This document shows, in pieces, positions 51,670-60,589 of a stretch of 64,000 nt of DNA. Below the pieces are notes generated by a model. It saw only the letters and a program-made list of their open reading frames with translations. It was not told the origin of the DNA and searched no databases. This DNA is from Planctomycetota bacterium (GTDB taxonomy: Bacteria; Planctomycetota; UBA8742; UBA2392). The stretch spans positions 457,119-521,118 of the forward strand of contig JABTUE010000004.1 of the NCBI GenBank assembly GCA_015075515.1. Reading direction: 5' to 3'. Numbering within the stretch: position 1 is the first letter of the stretch; the number at the start of each line of letters is the position of its first letter. Made by a program: the position numbers and the translations under genes.

Positions 51670-52436
51670 CAGTGTTCGATCTCCCCGCCGTCCACGCTGA
51701 GCGCCTGGCCGTTGATGCCGTGCGCGCCGTCGCCCAGCAGAAAGGCCACGGCGTTGGCGATCTCGGCCGGGTCAAACACCCGGTTCTGCGGGCTCAGGCG
51801 CATGAGTTTGTCCTCGGCCTGCACTTCGTCCAGCCCGGTGCGTTCGGCAATGTTGCGTATGGTCTGGTCAAACATTTCGGTGCGTACATAGCCGGGGCAA
51901 ACGGCGTTGAACGTCACGCCCTTGCCCGCGTATTCGCGCGCCAGACTGCGCGTGGCACCCAGCAGCGCGTGCTTGCTGGCGGCATAGGCCGTCACATACG
52001 GATAGCCCGCCAGTGCCGCCGTGCTGGCAATGTTGATGACCCGCCCGCCCTTGTTTTCAACCATGCGCGGCACCACGGCGCGCATGATGCGGATCGGCGC
52101 GTAGACGTTCAGCTCAAAGTGCCGGCGCAGCAGCAGTTCGTCGGTCTTGGCCAGCGCCGCGCTTTCGGCCATTCCCGCGTTGTTTACCAGGCCCCACGGC
52201 GGCCCCAGCGCGTCCAAGGCCGCGTCGCGCACCCGCGCCCCGGCCGTTTCCTCGGTAATGTCACAGGCAAACGTGGCCACCTTTGCACCCTGCGAGGCCA
52301 GTTCCAGCGCCAGTTCATCCAGGGCATCGGCCGTGCGCGCCACCAGAAGCAGGGCGTAGCCATCGGCAGCCAGACGCGTGGCAATCGCTTTGCCGATACC
52401 GCGGGACGCGCCAGTGATGATGACGGACTGGGCCAT
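51669..52436 (-). CDS. Short-chain dehydrogenase/reductase (AbmB-like)
   Basis: TGASRGIG, NNAG, YAASKHA. Confidence 0.9.
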   Translation of the reverse strand: MAQSVIITGASRGIGKAIATRLAADGYALLLVARTADALDELALELASQGAKVATFACDITEETAGARVRDAALDALGPPWGLVNNAGMAESAALAKTDELLLRRHFELNVYAPIRIMRAVVPRMVENKGGRVINIASTAALAGYPYVTAYAASKHALLGATRSLAREYAGKGVTFNAVCPGYVRTEMFDQTIRNIAERTGLDEVQAEDKLMRLSPQNRVFDPAEIANAVAFLLGDGAHGINGQALSVDGGEIEH

Positions 52437-52442
52437 CCCGTT

Positions 52443-52474
52443 ACTTTAGGTTTCGATGGTTGTGAAATGCAACC
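52443..52474 (-). promoter_or_regulatory. Putative promoter with an overlapping palindrome (candidate MarR operator)
   Basis: Minus strand TTGCAT-18 nt-TAAAGT, 6 nt before the ATG; GGTTG-N7-CAACC inverted repeat at 52458-52474. Confidence 0.45.
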
Positions 52475-52504
52475 GATATAAATGCGACTTTTCTGGCGCC
52501 GGGC

Positions 52505-53260
52505 CTATTGCCCCAGTTCAGCCCTCACAGCCGCCACCAGCGCCGCAGCCAACGCTTCGTAGGTCTGTACGCCCTCTTCGGCGCTGGCCTGCTGCGGAAA
52601 GCCGAAGTAAGCCTGCGGACCGCCGGCTTGCTCGAAGGTTTTGGCACCCTTGGCAAAGGCTTCGGTAAGGCTGGCGGGGTTGTCGCCGGCGCTGCGGCGG
52701 GCGTCTTCATCTACAAGCTCAGGCCGCGCGGCCATCACCAGACTGGTTTCGAACTGCCCGGCGTGGCAGGCACCGGATTGAAACTCGGCAGTCAATGTTT
52801 GTGCCAGCTTGCGGCGTGTGAAATCCGGAAACGCGACTTTCAAGCCCAGCGCGGCAATCTCCGCCGCGGCCTCGCGCAGCATGGTCACGTTGGCCGGGTC
52901 AAAGTGGCTGTTGGCCAGCGCCAGACAGGCAAAACCCTGGGCCTTCAGCGACCGGGCAATGTCCAGCAATACGGCCTTGGCGGCGTTGGCGCCGATGCTG
53001 ATTGTGCCGGGAAAGGCGGCGGCATATTCGGCGGGCGCATAAGCCAGCGCGGGCAAAATGAACGCGGCAATGCCCGCGTCTTCCAGTTCCGGCACGGCGT
53101 ACTGGGCCATGCCTTCGCTGATGATGACGTCGGTGTTCAGCGGCAGATGCGGGCCGTGGGCCTCGGTGGCGCCCAGGGGCAGAATCGCCACCACAGGTCG
53201 CCCGCCTGCAAGAGCGGCCCTGATCTGAGGCCATGTGGCATGGGCAAAAGTTGGGTTCAT
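52505..53260 (-). CDS. Creatininase-family amidohydrolase
   Basis: PLGATEAHGPHLPLNTD, NSH, HAGQFETS. Confidence 0.9.
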   Translation of the reverse strand: MNPTFAHATWPQIRAALAGGRPVVAILPLGATEAHGPHLPLNTDVIISEGMAQYAVPELEDAGIAAFILPALAYAPAEYAAAFPGTISIGANAAKAVLLDIARSLKAQGFACLALANSHFDPANVTMLREAAAEIAALGLKVAFPDFTRRKLAQTLTAEFQSGACHAGQFETSLVMAARPELVDEDARRSAGDNPASLTEAFAKGAKTFEQAGGPQAYFGFPQQASAEEGVQTYEALAAALVAAVRAELGQ

Positions 53261-53682
53261 GGGCGGCGGGCCGGAGAATGGAGTTGAAGGGGTACAACCT
53301 TGCGAAAACGCTCGAAATCCCTGTCGGCGCTGAAGACAGCCAGCTTGCGCGCCAGAGCCACAGCGCAGATCAGAAGGTCCGTCGGGGCGCCTGAAATACC
53401 GTGTTTCCGAAGCGGCAGTTCCAGCTCGACCGCCTGTTCATAATCGGCGGTCTCAGGCACAAGATCCGGAAACCGCCGAAACGCTGACTTCAGGCGTTCA
53501 AAGTTGCCCGATGTGCGCGCCCCGCGCAGCAGCTCCTGTCGGATGGCGCCGATGATACATACCCGGCCTTCCTCCACGAGATTGGTCAGCTCCTGCACAA
53601 GCGCGGCCTCGTCGCGGCTGACCGCGCCGCCCTTGCGCCTGAGCGCGAGCGACCAGATCGAAGTGTCCACAAGGACGTTCAT
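53257..53682 (-). CDS. vapC: VapC-family PIN-domain toxin
   Basis: VLVDTSIW, QELL, DLLICA, SADRDF. Confidence 0.9.
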   Translation of the reverse strand: MNVLVDTSIWSLALRRKGGAVSRDEAALVQELTNLVEEGRVCIIGAIRQELLRGARTSGNFERLKSAFRRFPDLVPETADYEQAVELELPLRKHGISGAPTDLLICAVALARKLAVFSADRDFERFRKVVPLQLHSPARRP

Positions 53683-53885
53683 GCGCGTTTGCGCTTTCGT
53701 TCGGCTTTGTAGTTCCAGTTCTGGTCAAACTCGACTGTGCCGAACAGCTTGATGATTTCGCGCTGTTTATGCCGGCGGATGTACTCAATCAGGGCGGCCA
53801 TGACGGCCTCGCGCTTGGTCTTGTGGCCACCGACCTTTACGGCCTCGGCAATGACCTTGTCGTCCAGAGCCAGATTGGTCGGCAT
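53679..53885 (-). CDS. vapB: VapB-family antitoxin
   Basis: MPTNLALDD..GGHKTKREAV..AL; GGAGG RBS; overlaps the vapC start. Confidence 0.9.
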   Translation of the reverse strand: MPTNLALDDKVIAEAVKVGGHKTKREAVMAALIEYIRRHKQREIIKLFGTVEFDQNWNYKAERKRKRA

Positions 53886-53974
53886 TACACATACCTCCAC
53901 ACATCAGCTTACACACCAATGGCAGCGGCATCAACACTCGTGGCGGGCGCGCGAGGCCTTCGCGCGTCCTGAAT

Positions 53975-55633
53975 CTACCCGCCGTACTCCTTGCGCAGTT
54001 TTTTGCGGTCGATTTTGTCGCGGTCGTTGCGGGGCAGCGGCTGATCCACGAACTTGACCCAGCGCGGAGCCTTGTAATGAACCATCTTGGACTTGCAGTG
54101 CCGGATCAGTTCATCCGCCAACCCGTCGCTTGCGCTCGGGGCTGAAACAACGATGGCAAGGGGCTTTGTTAAACCGGCTTCGTCGCTTTTGCCAATCACG
54201 CAGCACTCCTTGACTGCCGGGTGCTGCAGCAGGCAGTTCTCAACCTCAAGCGGGCTGACGAAAATGCCGCCCACCTTCAGCAGGTCGTCGCCGCGGCCTT
54301 CGTAGTACCAGTAGCCGTCGGCATCCTGCCGGAACTTGTCGCCGCTTACGACCCAGCCGCCGCGCAAATGTTCGCGGCTCTTGTCGTAGGCCGCGTGATA
54401 GTGCGTGGCCACGCTGTCGCCCTTGACCCACAAGGTGCCGACGTCGCCTTGCGCCACGGGCTGGTCGTTGTCGTCGAGCAATTTCGCCGTGTAGCCGGGT
54501 ACCAAGCGGCCAAGGCTTCCGGGCCTGATGTCGGCCTTGCCCCAGGGCCCGGCAGGCCGGTTTGAAATGTAGATGTGAAAGCTTTCGGCGCTGCCGATGC
54601 CGTCAATGATCGGCACGCCATAGATTTCGTCCCAGTGGCGATGCAGGTCGGGGGGCAGTGCCTCGCCGGCGCTCCACATGAAGCGCAGACTGGCCAGGTT
54701 CGCGCGGGTCAACGAAGGCGCCATGATGAACTTGTTGATCAGCGTCGGCACACTGGTGAACACCGTGCACTTGTGCCGCGCGATCAGCTCCGCCAGCAGT
54801 TCCGGTGTCGGATGCTGCTTGAACAAAACCGTCGTCGCGCCCACCGCAAACGGGAACATCAGGTTGGTGCCCGTCGCGTAGCCGAAAAACAGGCGCGGGC
54901 CGGAAATCGTGATGTCGTCCTGCCGCATGCCGATGAAGGCCTTGGCGTACACTTCCGTGTTGAACGCAAAGTGGTGGTGCATGTGCACCGCGCCCTTGCT
55001 TTGGCCGGTGCTGCCGCTGGTGAACAACCAGACGGCGGGGTCATCTTTGCGCGTGGGCCACGGCTGGCTGGCTTTGTCGCAGGGCAGGTTGATCCAGAAG
55101 TCAAAACTCTGGTGGCTGTCGGGCTCGTAACTGTCAGCCGGTGGCGCGTTGTCGTGCTCGAAATAGACCTTGCGGGGCGTCTCCAGGCGCGCGCGGCCGG
55201 CAACAATCACGTTGTCGCAGTAGTCGTTGACGTTGCAGTAGCGCGTCTTGCGCAATGCCGCGTCAAAGTTGGTGACGCTTGCTTCATCCACAAAGGCAAA
55301 CTGCGGCTTTACGTAATTCAGGTAGTACTCGTAGTCTTCGGCGGGCAGCAGCGGGTTGACCTGCGTGACGGTGGCGCCGGCCTTGATCGCGCCGAACCAC
55401 GCATAGACAAACTCAGGCCGGTCCTGCATGCAGACCAGCACGCGCTGTTCGGGCAACAGGCCTTCATCCACCAGCCGCCGCGCGACCTTCATGACGTTGT
55501 CGGCGACTTCGCGGTACGTAATGTGCTGGCCTTCGAAGATGATGGCAACTTTGTCGCCGCGCCCTGCTTCGATGTTGGCGAACACGAAGTAGTCGGCCAT
55601 GTTGAAGGCGTCAGGAAACTCGGGCGTGGACAT
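53975..55633 (-). CDS. Benzoate/2-aminobenzoate-CoA ligase family protein
   Basis: FTSGSTGQSKG, LFFGYATG, SAGEAL, DGIGSAE, GRGDDLLKVGG. Confidence 0.9.
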   Translation of the reverse strand: MSTPEFPDAFNMADYFVFANIEAGRGDKVAIIFEGQHITYREVADNVMKVARRLVDEGLLPEQRVLVCMQDRPEFVYAWFGAIKAGATVTQVNPLLPAEDYEYYLNYVKPQFAFVDEASVTNFDAALRKTRYCNVNDYCDNVIVAGRARLETPRKVYFEHDNAPPADSYEPDSHQSFDFWINLPCDKASQPWPTRKDDPAVWLFTSGSTGQSKGAVHMHHHFAFNTEVYAKAFIGMRQDDITISGPRLFFGYATGTNLMFPFAVGATTVLFKQHPTPELLAELIARHKCTVFTSVPTLINKFIMAPSLTRANLASLRFMWSAGEALPPDLHRHWDEIYGVPIIDGIGSAESFHIYISNRPAGPWGKADIRPGSLGRLVPGYTAKLLDDNDQPVAQGDVGTLWVKGDSVATHYHAAYDKSREHLRGGWVVSGDKFRQDADGYWYYEGRGDDLLKVGGIFVSPLEVENCLLQHPAVKECCVIGKSDEAGLTKPLAIVVSAPSASDGLADELIRHCKSKMVHYKAPRWVKFVDQPLPRNDRDKIDRKKLRKEYGG

Positions 55634-55731
55634 GTCAGCCTCGCGTGGGTTGCAACGCGGTTTTGCGTTTTCGGTTACGGGTTTTTGGACGGCAAAGCAG
55701 GGCCCCTCAACCCGAACCCCTGAACCGCAGT

Positions 55732-56202
55732 TCATGCTTCCGGTTTTACCGCCTTGTACAGGCCGGTGCGGTGGCTGTCGGGCACGAGCCATTTCTGAAA
55801 GGCCTCGTGGTACTTGTGAGGCAACTGGATGCCCTCAAAGCTGTCCATGTTGATGCAGACTGTTACCAGCTCGGCTTCCACGCAGCGGACTTTTTTGTTT
55901 TCTCGGCTGGTGTCGCCGGTGTAGAGCCAACTGACGCTCTTCTTACCGATCTTCTGGATGCCAAGGCTGATCTCGACGTGGTCGCCAAAGCGCAGGGGTT
56001 TCAGGTAGTCCACCTCCATGTGCACGGTGGGAAAGCCGATGCGTTCAACGTCCAGCAGGTGGTTGTAAGGCACGCCCAGGCCGCGTTCAAAGAAGTCCTC
56101 AAAGCAGCAGTGAAAGTAGTGCAGAAAGCGGGGGTAATACAGAATGCCCGCGTGGTCCACGTCGCTGAACCGGATCTTGTAGGTCGCTGAAAACAGGGCC
56201 AT
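55732..56202 (-). CDS. 4HBT-family acyl-CoA thioesterase (AbmE-like)
   Basis: IRFSDVDHAGILYYPRF, PLRFGD. Confidence 0.9.
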   Translation of the reverse strand: MALFSATYKIRFSDVDHAGILYYPRFLHYFHCCFEDFFERGLGVPYNHLLDVERIGFPTVHMEVDYLKPLRFGDHVEISLGIQKIGKKSVSWLYTGDTSRENKKVRCVEAELVTVCINMDSFEGIQLPHKYHEAFQKWLVPDSHRTGLYKAVKPEA

Positions 56203-56251
56203 GGTTGTCTCCGGCCCTGTTATGAAGCCCCGGCACGGGGTTTGCAACCGG

Positions 56252-57475
56252 CTATAGATGCTCCAGGCGCGCGGCGGCAAAGCGGCCGTAGCGCCCGCGC
56301 TCGCCTTCGGGATCAAGTTCGATCACGCGCTTGTAGAGCTTCTTTGCTTCTTCAAAGTTCTGGGCGTGGTGCACGCATTTGGCGTAATCCAGCAGGATGC
56401 CCGCGTTGGCCGGAAACTCGCGCGCCAGTTTTTCCAGCAACGGCTGGGCCTCCTTGAGCGACCCCTCGTTGGTGGCCTGCAACAGGCGCCGGCTTTTGAC
56501 TTCGAGTTTGGCGTGTTCCATCAGCAGGTTGGCGGCCTTTGACCGGTACAGCGCGTTGCAGGGGTCTTCGGCGCTGGCATCCAGCCAGCAGCGGGCCTGG
56601 GCGCGCAGGTCGCCGCCGTGGGTCTGGGCCAGCTTGAGATGGCTTTCAATGTTGGTGGCGGCATCCTTGAGTTGCTGGGTCAGGCGCGCGCGGTCCTTTT
56701 CCAGTGCTTTGAACTTTTCAGTGTCGGCAAAATCGCGTTCGAACATGCGCAGGTCAAAGGCAACGCGCGCCAGCAGGTCGGTGCGGCCGGCAAGGGCGGC
56801 CTTGACGCGGGCGAACTCGTCAGCAGCGGCCTTTTCACGCTCCTTGCGGATGCGTTCGGCGTCAGCCTCGGGGCGCAGTTCCTTGCGCACAAGACGAAAC
56901 TCAGGGTCGTAAATACCGGTCACCACAAGCGCCGCATCGGTCCGAAAACCGCAGGTTTTGGCCACCCAGGCCTCGGCCAGCACGCGCACTTCGGGCGTGG
57001 CGCGGGCGTGCAGCACCGTGACCACGCGGTTGGCAAGTTCAGGCCGTTTGTTCTGGGCCAGCCACACGGCAAAACGCACAAGCTGGGCGTCGTCGTTGTT
57101 GCTTTCGACCGGAAAGGTTCCCGCCACATACTTGTGAGGCCAGCGCGCCAGGTCGGTGCCGGCGTCGGTCGCGCCGGGCACGCGCACCGGTTTACCGTCG
57201 TCGTCAACCTCGCCGGTATCCAGCAGTTCGCGGTAGGTAAGCGTGCGGGCTGTGGCAGCACGGATCTCAACCGGCATGGCGCCGCGGTCGGTGCTCAGCC
57301 AGGTGCGCGGGTATTTGCGCTCGGCGCACAACACCTGAAGCCAGTTGACCAGTTCGGCGTCAAAGGCTTTTTTGACCGTGGCTTCGTCTTTGGCGTCCGG
57401 GCAGAAGTGTTCGACCAGGCCGGCGCGCGCGACGGGCAGGGCCGCGAGCAGAAACAGTGACAGGAGCATCCGCAT
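56252..57475 (-). CDS. Secreted unknown-family protein with C-terminal TPR (paralog 1)
   Basis: Signal peptide; LVRFAVWL..LANRV..EAWV motif shared with the next two genes. Confidence 0.7.
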   Translation of the reverse strand: MRMLLSLFLLAALPVARAGLVEHFCPDAKDEATVKKAFDAELVNWLQVLCAERKYPRTWLSTDRGAMPVEIRAATARTLTYRELLDTGEVDDDGKPVRVPGATDAGTDLARWPHKYVAGTFPVESNNDDAQLVRFAVWLAQNKRPELANRVVTVLHARATPEVRVLAEAWVAKTCGFRTDAALVVTGIYDPEFRLVRKELRPEADAERIRKEREKAAADEFARVKAALAGRTDLLARVAFDLRMFERDFADTEKFKALEKDRARLTQQLKDAATNIESHLKLAQTHGGDLRAQARCWLDASAEDPCNALYRSKAANLLMEHAKLEVKSRRLLQATNEGSLKEAQPLLEKLAREFPANAGILLDYAKCVHHAQNFEEAKKLYKRVIELDPEGERGRYGRFAAARLEHL

Positions 57476-57519
57476 GGTGTGCTCCGGCGGGGTTAGCAAG
57501 GGGCGCAAACAGGGGTTGG

Positions 57520-57552
57520 AAAAACCGGGGCCCACCTGTTGGTGGGCCCCGG
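57520..57552 (-). terminator. Rho-independent terminator
   Basis: CCGGGGCCCACC-4 nt-GGTGGGCCCCGG followed by TTTTT on the minus strand. Confidence 0.8.
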
Positions 57553-57562
57553 CGGTATGCGC

Positions 57563-58912
57563 TTACTTGCCTTCCTGTTTCATGCGGGCCTCGTCTTTGG
57601 CGTCCATGTTGCGAATCAGGGCGCGGGCGGTGCCGCCAATGCCCTTGTCACCCTCAATGGCAATCACCTTGTTGTAGCAGGGCCGGGCATTTTTGCTGTC
57701 TTCAAGAGCCTGGTAACAGCGTCCCAAGGCCAGCCAGAAGGCGCTGTTTTCGGGATAAACCTTGAGAATTTCCTGGTAGTGCGGAATGGCCTTCTTCACG
57801 CCGTCGCTGCGTTCACAACCGTTGCCGTGGTCGGCCGGCGCACCGTACAGGAACCAGGCATTGGCGGTTTCGGCCCGCAGCGCCGTGTCCATGGGGTCAA
57901 TCTGGAGGATAACCTCCATCATTTCGGCCTTCTTTTTCAACAGGTTCGGGTCCTTGGACGCGTTGGGGTTCTTGGGATCCTGCAGAATTTTGCGGGCGTC
58001 TTCGGTGTTGCGCTTGATCAGTTCCTTGTCGTCGGTAATCGAGTCCATGATCGCGTTGAGAACATCGGCGTTCTTGGCGTCCTTCAGAAAATCGCTGCTG
58101 GCATAGGCGATCTTGAACTGTTTGATCTCCCACTCGATCAAAATCAACTGGCGCGTGGGTGCAGGCTTGCGCGGGGCTTTGCCCTTGTAGGCGCCGCGGG
58201 CGCGTACAATGTCGTCAAAAGCGGCTTTGGCGGCCTTTTCGCGCGCGACGGTACGGGCGGTCTTGTCCGCGGCGGTGACCAGAATGTTGCGTTCTTTCTG
58301 GAACTCGCCGTCCCAGATGTTGAAGGTCTGCAACTCGCCGGGATCCTTCCATCCGTACTTTTCGACGATGTAGGCCTCAATCAGCGGGGCAAGTTCCTTG
58401 TTGCGGCTGTGGACCACGGTCAGCACGCGGTTGGCCAGGTCGTTTTCCTTTTCGCCGAACAGCCAGGCACCAAAGGCCACCAGATCCGCGTCATCAGTGT
58501 TGGTTTCAACCGGGTAGGTCGAAATCAGGTACTTGGCGGGCCAGCTTTTCCACCCCAGCCACTTGGAGTTGGTTGTGGTTTTGTAGACAGGCAGTCCGTT
58601 GCCGTCCACGCCGTCGCGCACCATCAGATAGGCGCTGAACTGATTCTTGTTCGCGTCGCGGATTTCGAACTTGTTGGCCTTGTCCGAAAACCTGAAGTTT
58701 TCGTCCAGCGGCAACCAGGTCTGCGGAAACTTGTTCTTGCTTGTCAGTGAATTCGCCCAGACCGGCAGCTTGTCATACCAGTCGGTGGATACCTTGGATT
58801 CCTTGGCGCCCTTGTGGGTCTTGTCAAACAAGGGCTGGCCGGCCTGGGCATACAGCGCCCCGGACAGCACCAGCGCGGCTATAAGTGCCGCGGTACTAAG
58901 AGTTGTGCGCAT
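57563..58912 (-). CDS. Secreted unknown-family protein with C-terminal TPR (paralog 2)
   Basis: GGAGG RBS; signal peptide; LVAFGAWL..LANRV..IEAYIVEKYGW. Confidence 0.75.
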   Translation of the reverse strand: MRTTLSTAALIAALVLSGALYAQAGQPLFDKTHKGAKESKVSTDWYDKLPVWANSLTSKNKFPQTWLPLDENFRFSDKANKFEIRDANKNQFSAYLMVRDGVDGNGLPVYKTTTNSKWLGWKSWPAKYLISTYPVETNTDDADLVAFGAWLFGEKENDLANRVLTVVHSRNKELAPLIEAYIVEKYGWKDPGELQTFNIWDGEFQKERNILVTAADKTARTVAREKAAKAAFDDIVRARGAYKGKAPRKPAPTRQLILIEWEIKQFKIAYASSDFLKDAKNADVLNAIMDSITDDKELIKRNTEDARKILQDPKNPNASKDPNLLKKKAEMMEVILQIDPMDTALRAETANAWFLYGAPADHGNGCERSDGVKKAIPHYQEILKVYPENSAFWLALGRCYQALEDSKNARPCYNKVIAIEGDKGIGGTARALIRNMDAKDEARMKQEGK

Positions 58913-59026
58913 GGGTGCCTCCTGTGCTTCGTGCCTCGGGGTAAACGGGCTCCTCAGGCCCGGGTCAAAGTTAGCAAACGCCCGCTTTGGCCACTACCTT
59001 TAATGCCAGCGCGGGTGCCACCGGGG

Positions 59027-60304
59027 TCAGCGCAGATCCTTCAGCCGCGCTTCGGCGTAGTCACGGTGGGCCTTTTCGCCCTCCGGCAGCTCCTTCTTTG
59101 TGGTACGCCGGATGACTTCCTCGAAACAGGCTTTGGCCTTGGCCTTTTCGCCGGCGGCCATGTAGTTCAGGCCGGCATTGTTATAGGGCGCCAGGTACAG
59201 CGGCTGCAGGCGGCTGTATTCCTCCCACAACTGTGCGGCCCGGAGCGCGCGGTCCTTGCGGTCGCACTTGCGGCCGTTGTCCACAAGCCCCGCGGCCTTG
59301 GTGCAGGCGTCGGCGGCCTTCTGGATTACCTGAAACGTGTGCGGGTCGGCCTTGAGAATCACCAGCCACATGTCCGCGCAGGCCTGAATGTCGCCGTCAA
59401 TGGCCAGCCGGTCGGCCTTGTAACCCTGGGTTTCAACCCAATCGAGGTCGGCCTTGACGGCAGCCAGGAGGTCTTCGAGCATTTTTTTGGTGGCCTTGTT
59501 TTCGGCCGTAAGCGTGCCGCCGTAGGCCTTGCCGTAGCGTTCCAGCCGCGACTTGAGGTGATCCAGGCGCATGGTCGGCGGGTTCTTGCGCGCGCCGGGT
59601 TTGCCCTTGAGGTCGCCGCCCTGGGCGGTCTGAAGAGCCTTGAGCACGTCTTTGGCTTCCTTGTCGAGGTCTTTCAGACGCTGGGCGTTGGCCTCTTTGG
59701 TCAGCAGCAGCGTGCCGTCAATGTTGTCTTCAAGGTCGTGCACCTCCACGGCATCAAGCGCCGAGCCCGCAGGCCAGCCGTACTTGCCGATCAGCCAGGC
59801 CTCAATGTCGGGCTTGACCAGTGAGTTCTTCAGGGCCAGCGGCGCGATCTCGTAGTTGGCGGCGGCCAGGTCGCCGCGCGAGGCCAGCCAGAACGCCAGC
59901 GCCACGGTTTCCTCGATGGTGCGGAAGCGGTAATCCATGCAGCGGGCGCGGGCCAGAACGGCCGGCGGGATGTCGGCCAGCTTCAGGCGCACTTCGGTTT
60001 CGCTTACGGCATAGCCGAAGGTGCCCAGATCAGGGTACAGGCCGTGGCGTTCCATCTGGAGAAACAGCAGGTCGTTTGGCGTGACATCCTGAAGTTCCAG
60101 CCAGACTTCACGCTTGTTGACAGTGTGCTGGATGCGCGGCTTTTCGGGATCCTTCAGGCGTTCCTTGAGAAAAGTCGGCAGGTTGGTCTCAAAGTCCTTG
60201 GCCACGTCGGCCTCGGTTTTGCCGGGGAAATAGCGGGTCAACAGATCGGCGCACAGGGCGGCGGGTGCCGCCAGCAGCAGCGCAAGGGCAATGGGTCGCA
60301 GCAT
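59027..60304 (-). CDS. Secreted unknown-family protein with C-terminal TPR (paralog 3)
   Basis: GGAGG RBS; signal peptide; VALAFWL..AAN..IEAWLIGKYGW. Confidence 0.72.
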   Translation of the reverse strand: MLRPIALALLLAAPAALCADLLTRYFPGKTEADVAKDFETNLPTFLKERLKDPEKPRIQHTVNKREVWLELQDVTPNDLLFLQMERHGLYPDLGTFGYAVSETEVRLKLADIPPAVLARARCMDYRFRTIEETVALAFWLASRGDLAAANYEIAPLALKNSLVKPDIEAWLIGKYGWPAGSALDAVEVHDLEDNIDGTLLLTKEANAQRLKDLDKEAKDVLKALQTAQGGDLKGKPGARKNPPTMRLDHLKSRLERYGKAYGGTLTAENKATKKMLEDLLAAVKADLDWVETQGYKADRLAIDGDIQACADMWLVILKADPHTFQVIQKAADACTKAAGLVDNGRKCDRKDRALRAAQLWEEYSRLQPLYLAPYNNAGLNYMAAGEKAKAKACFEEVIRRTTKKELPEGEKAHRDYAEARLKDLR

Positions 60305-60400
60305 GGGTCCTCCGGGGCTCCTCAACCCCCGCATACTCAATGCCGGAATCTTACCCGGCGGGCGGGCGATTTGCGCCGCAAAACATCTGGCAGGGGGCCA

Positions 60401-60589
60401 GATCAGCCTGTAGCGCCCCCGGCCCAGAAAGCGCACCAGCCCCGGATCGGGCAGAACCTGTAACTGCCGGCGTATCCTGGGCTGCACATGGCGGTTGCGC
60501 GGGTGCAGCGCCGTCAGTTCGTCTTCAAAGCCATACGCGTCTGCCAGGGTGAAACCGGGTGACTGGAACCCCGCAATTGGTGCCTGCTG
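60401..60589 (-). pseudogene. Remnant of a DpnI-type C-terminal winged-helix (methyl-GATC-binding) domain
   Basis: Translates FTLADAYGFEDELTALHPRNRHVQPRIRRQLQVLPDPGLVRFLGRGRYRL; no ATG or RBS of its own. Confidence 0.7.
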
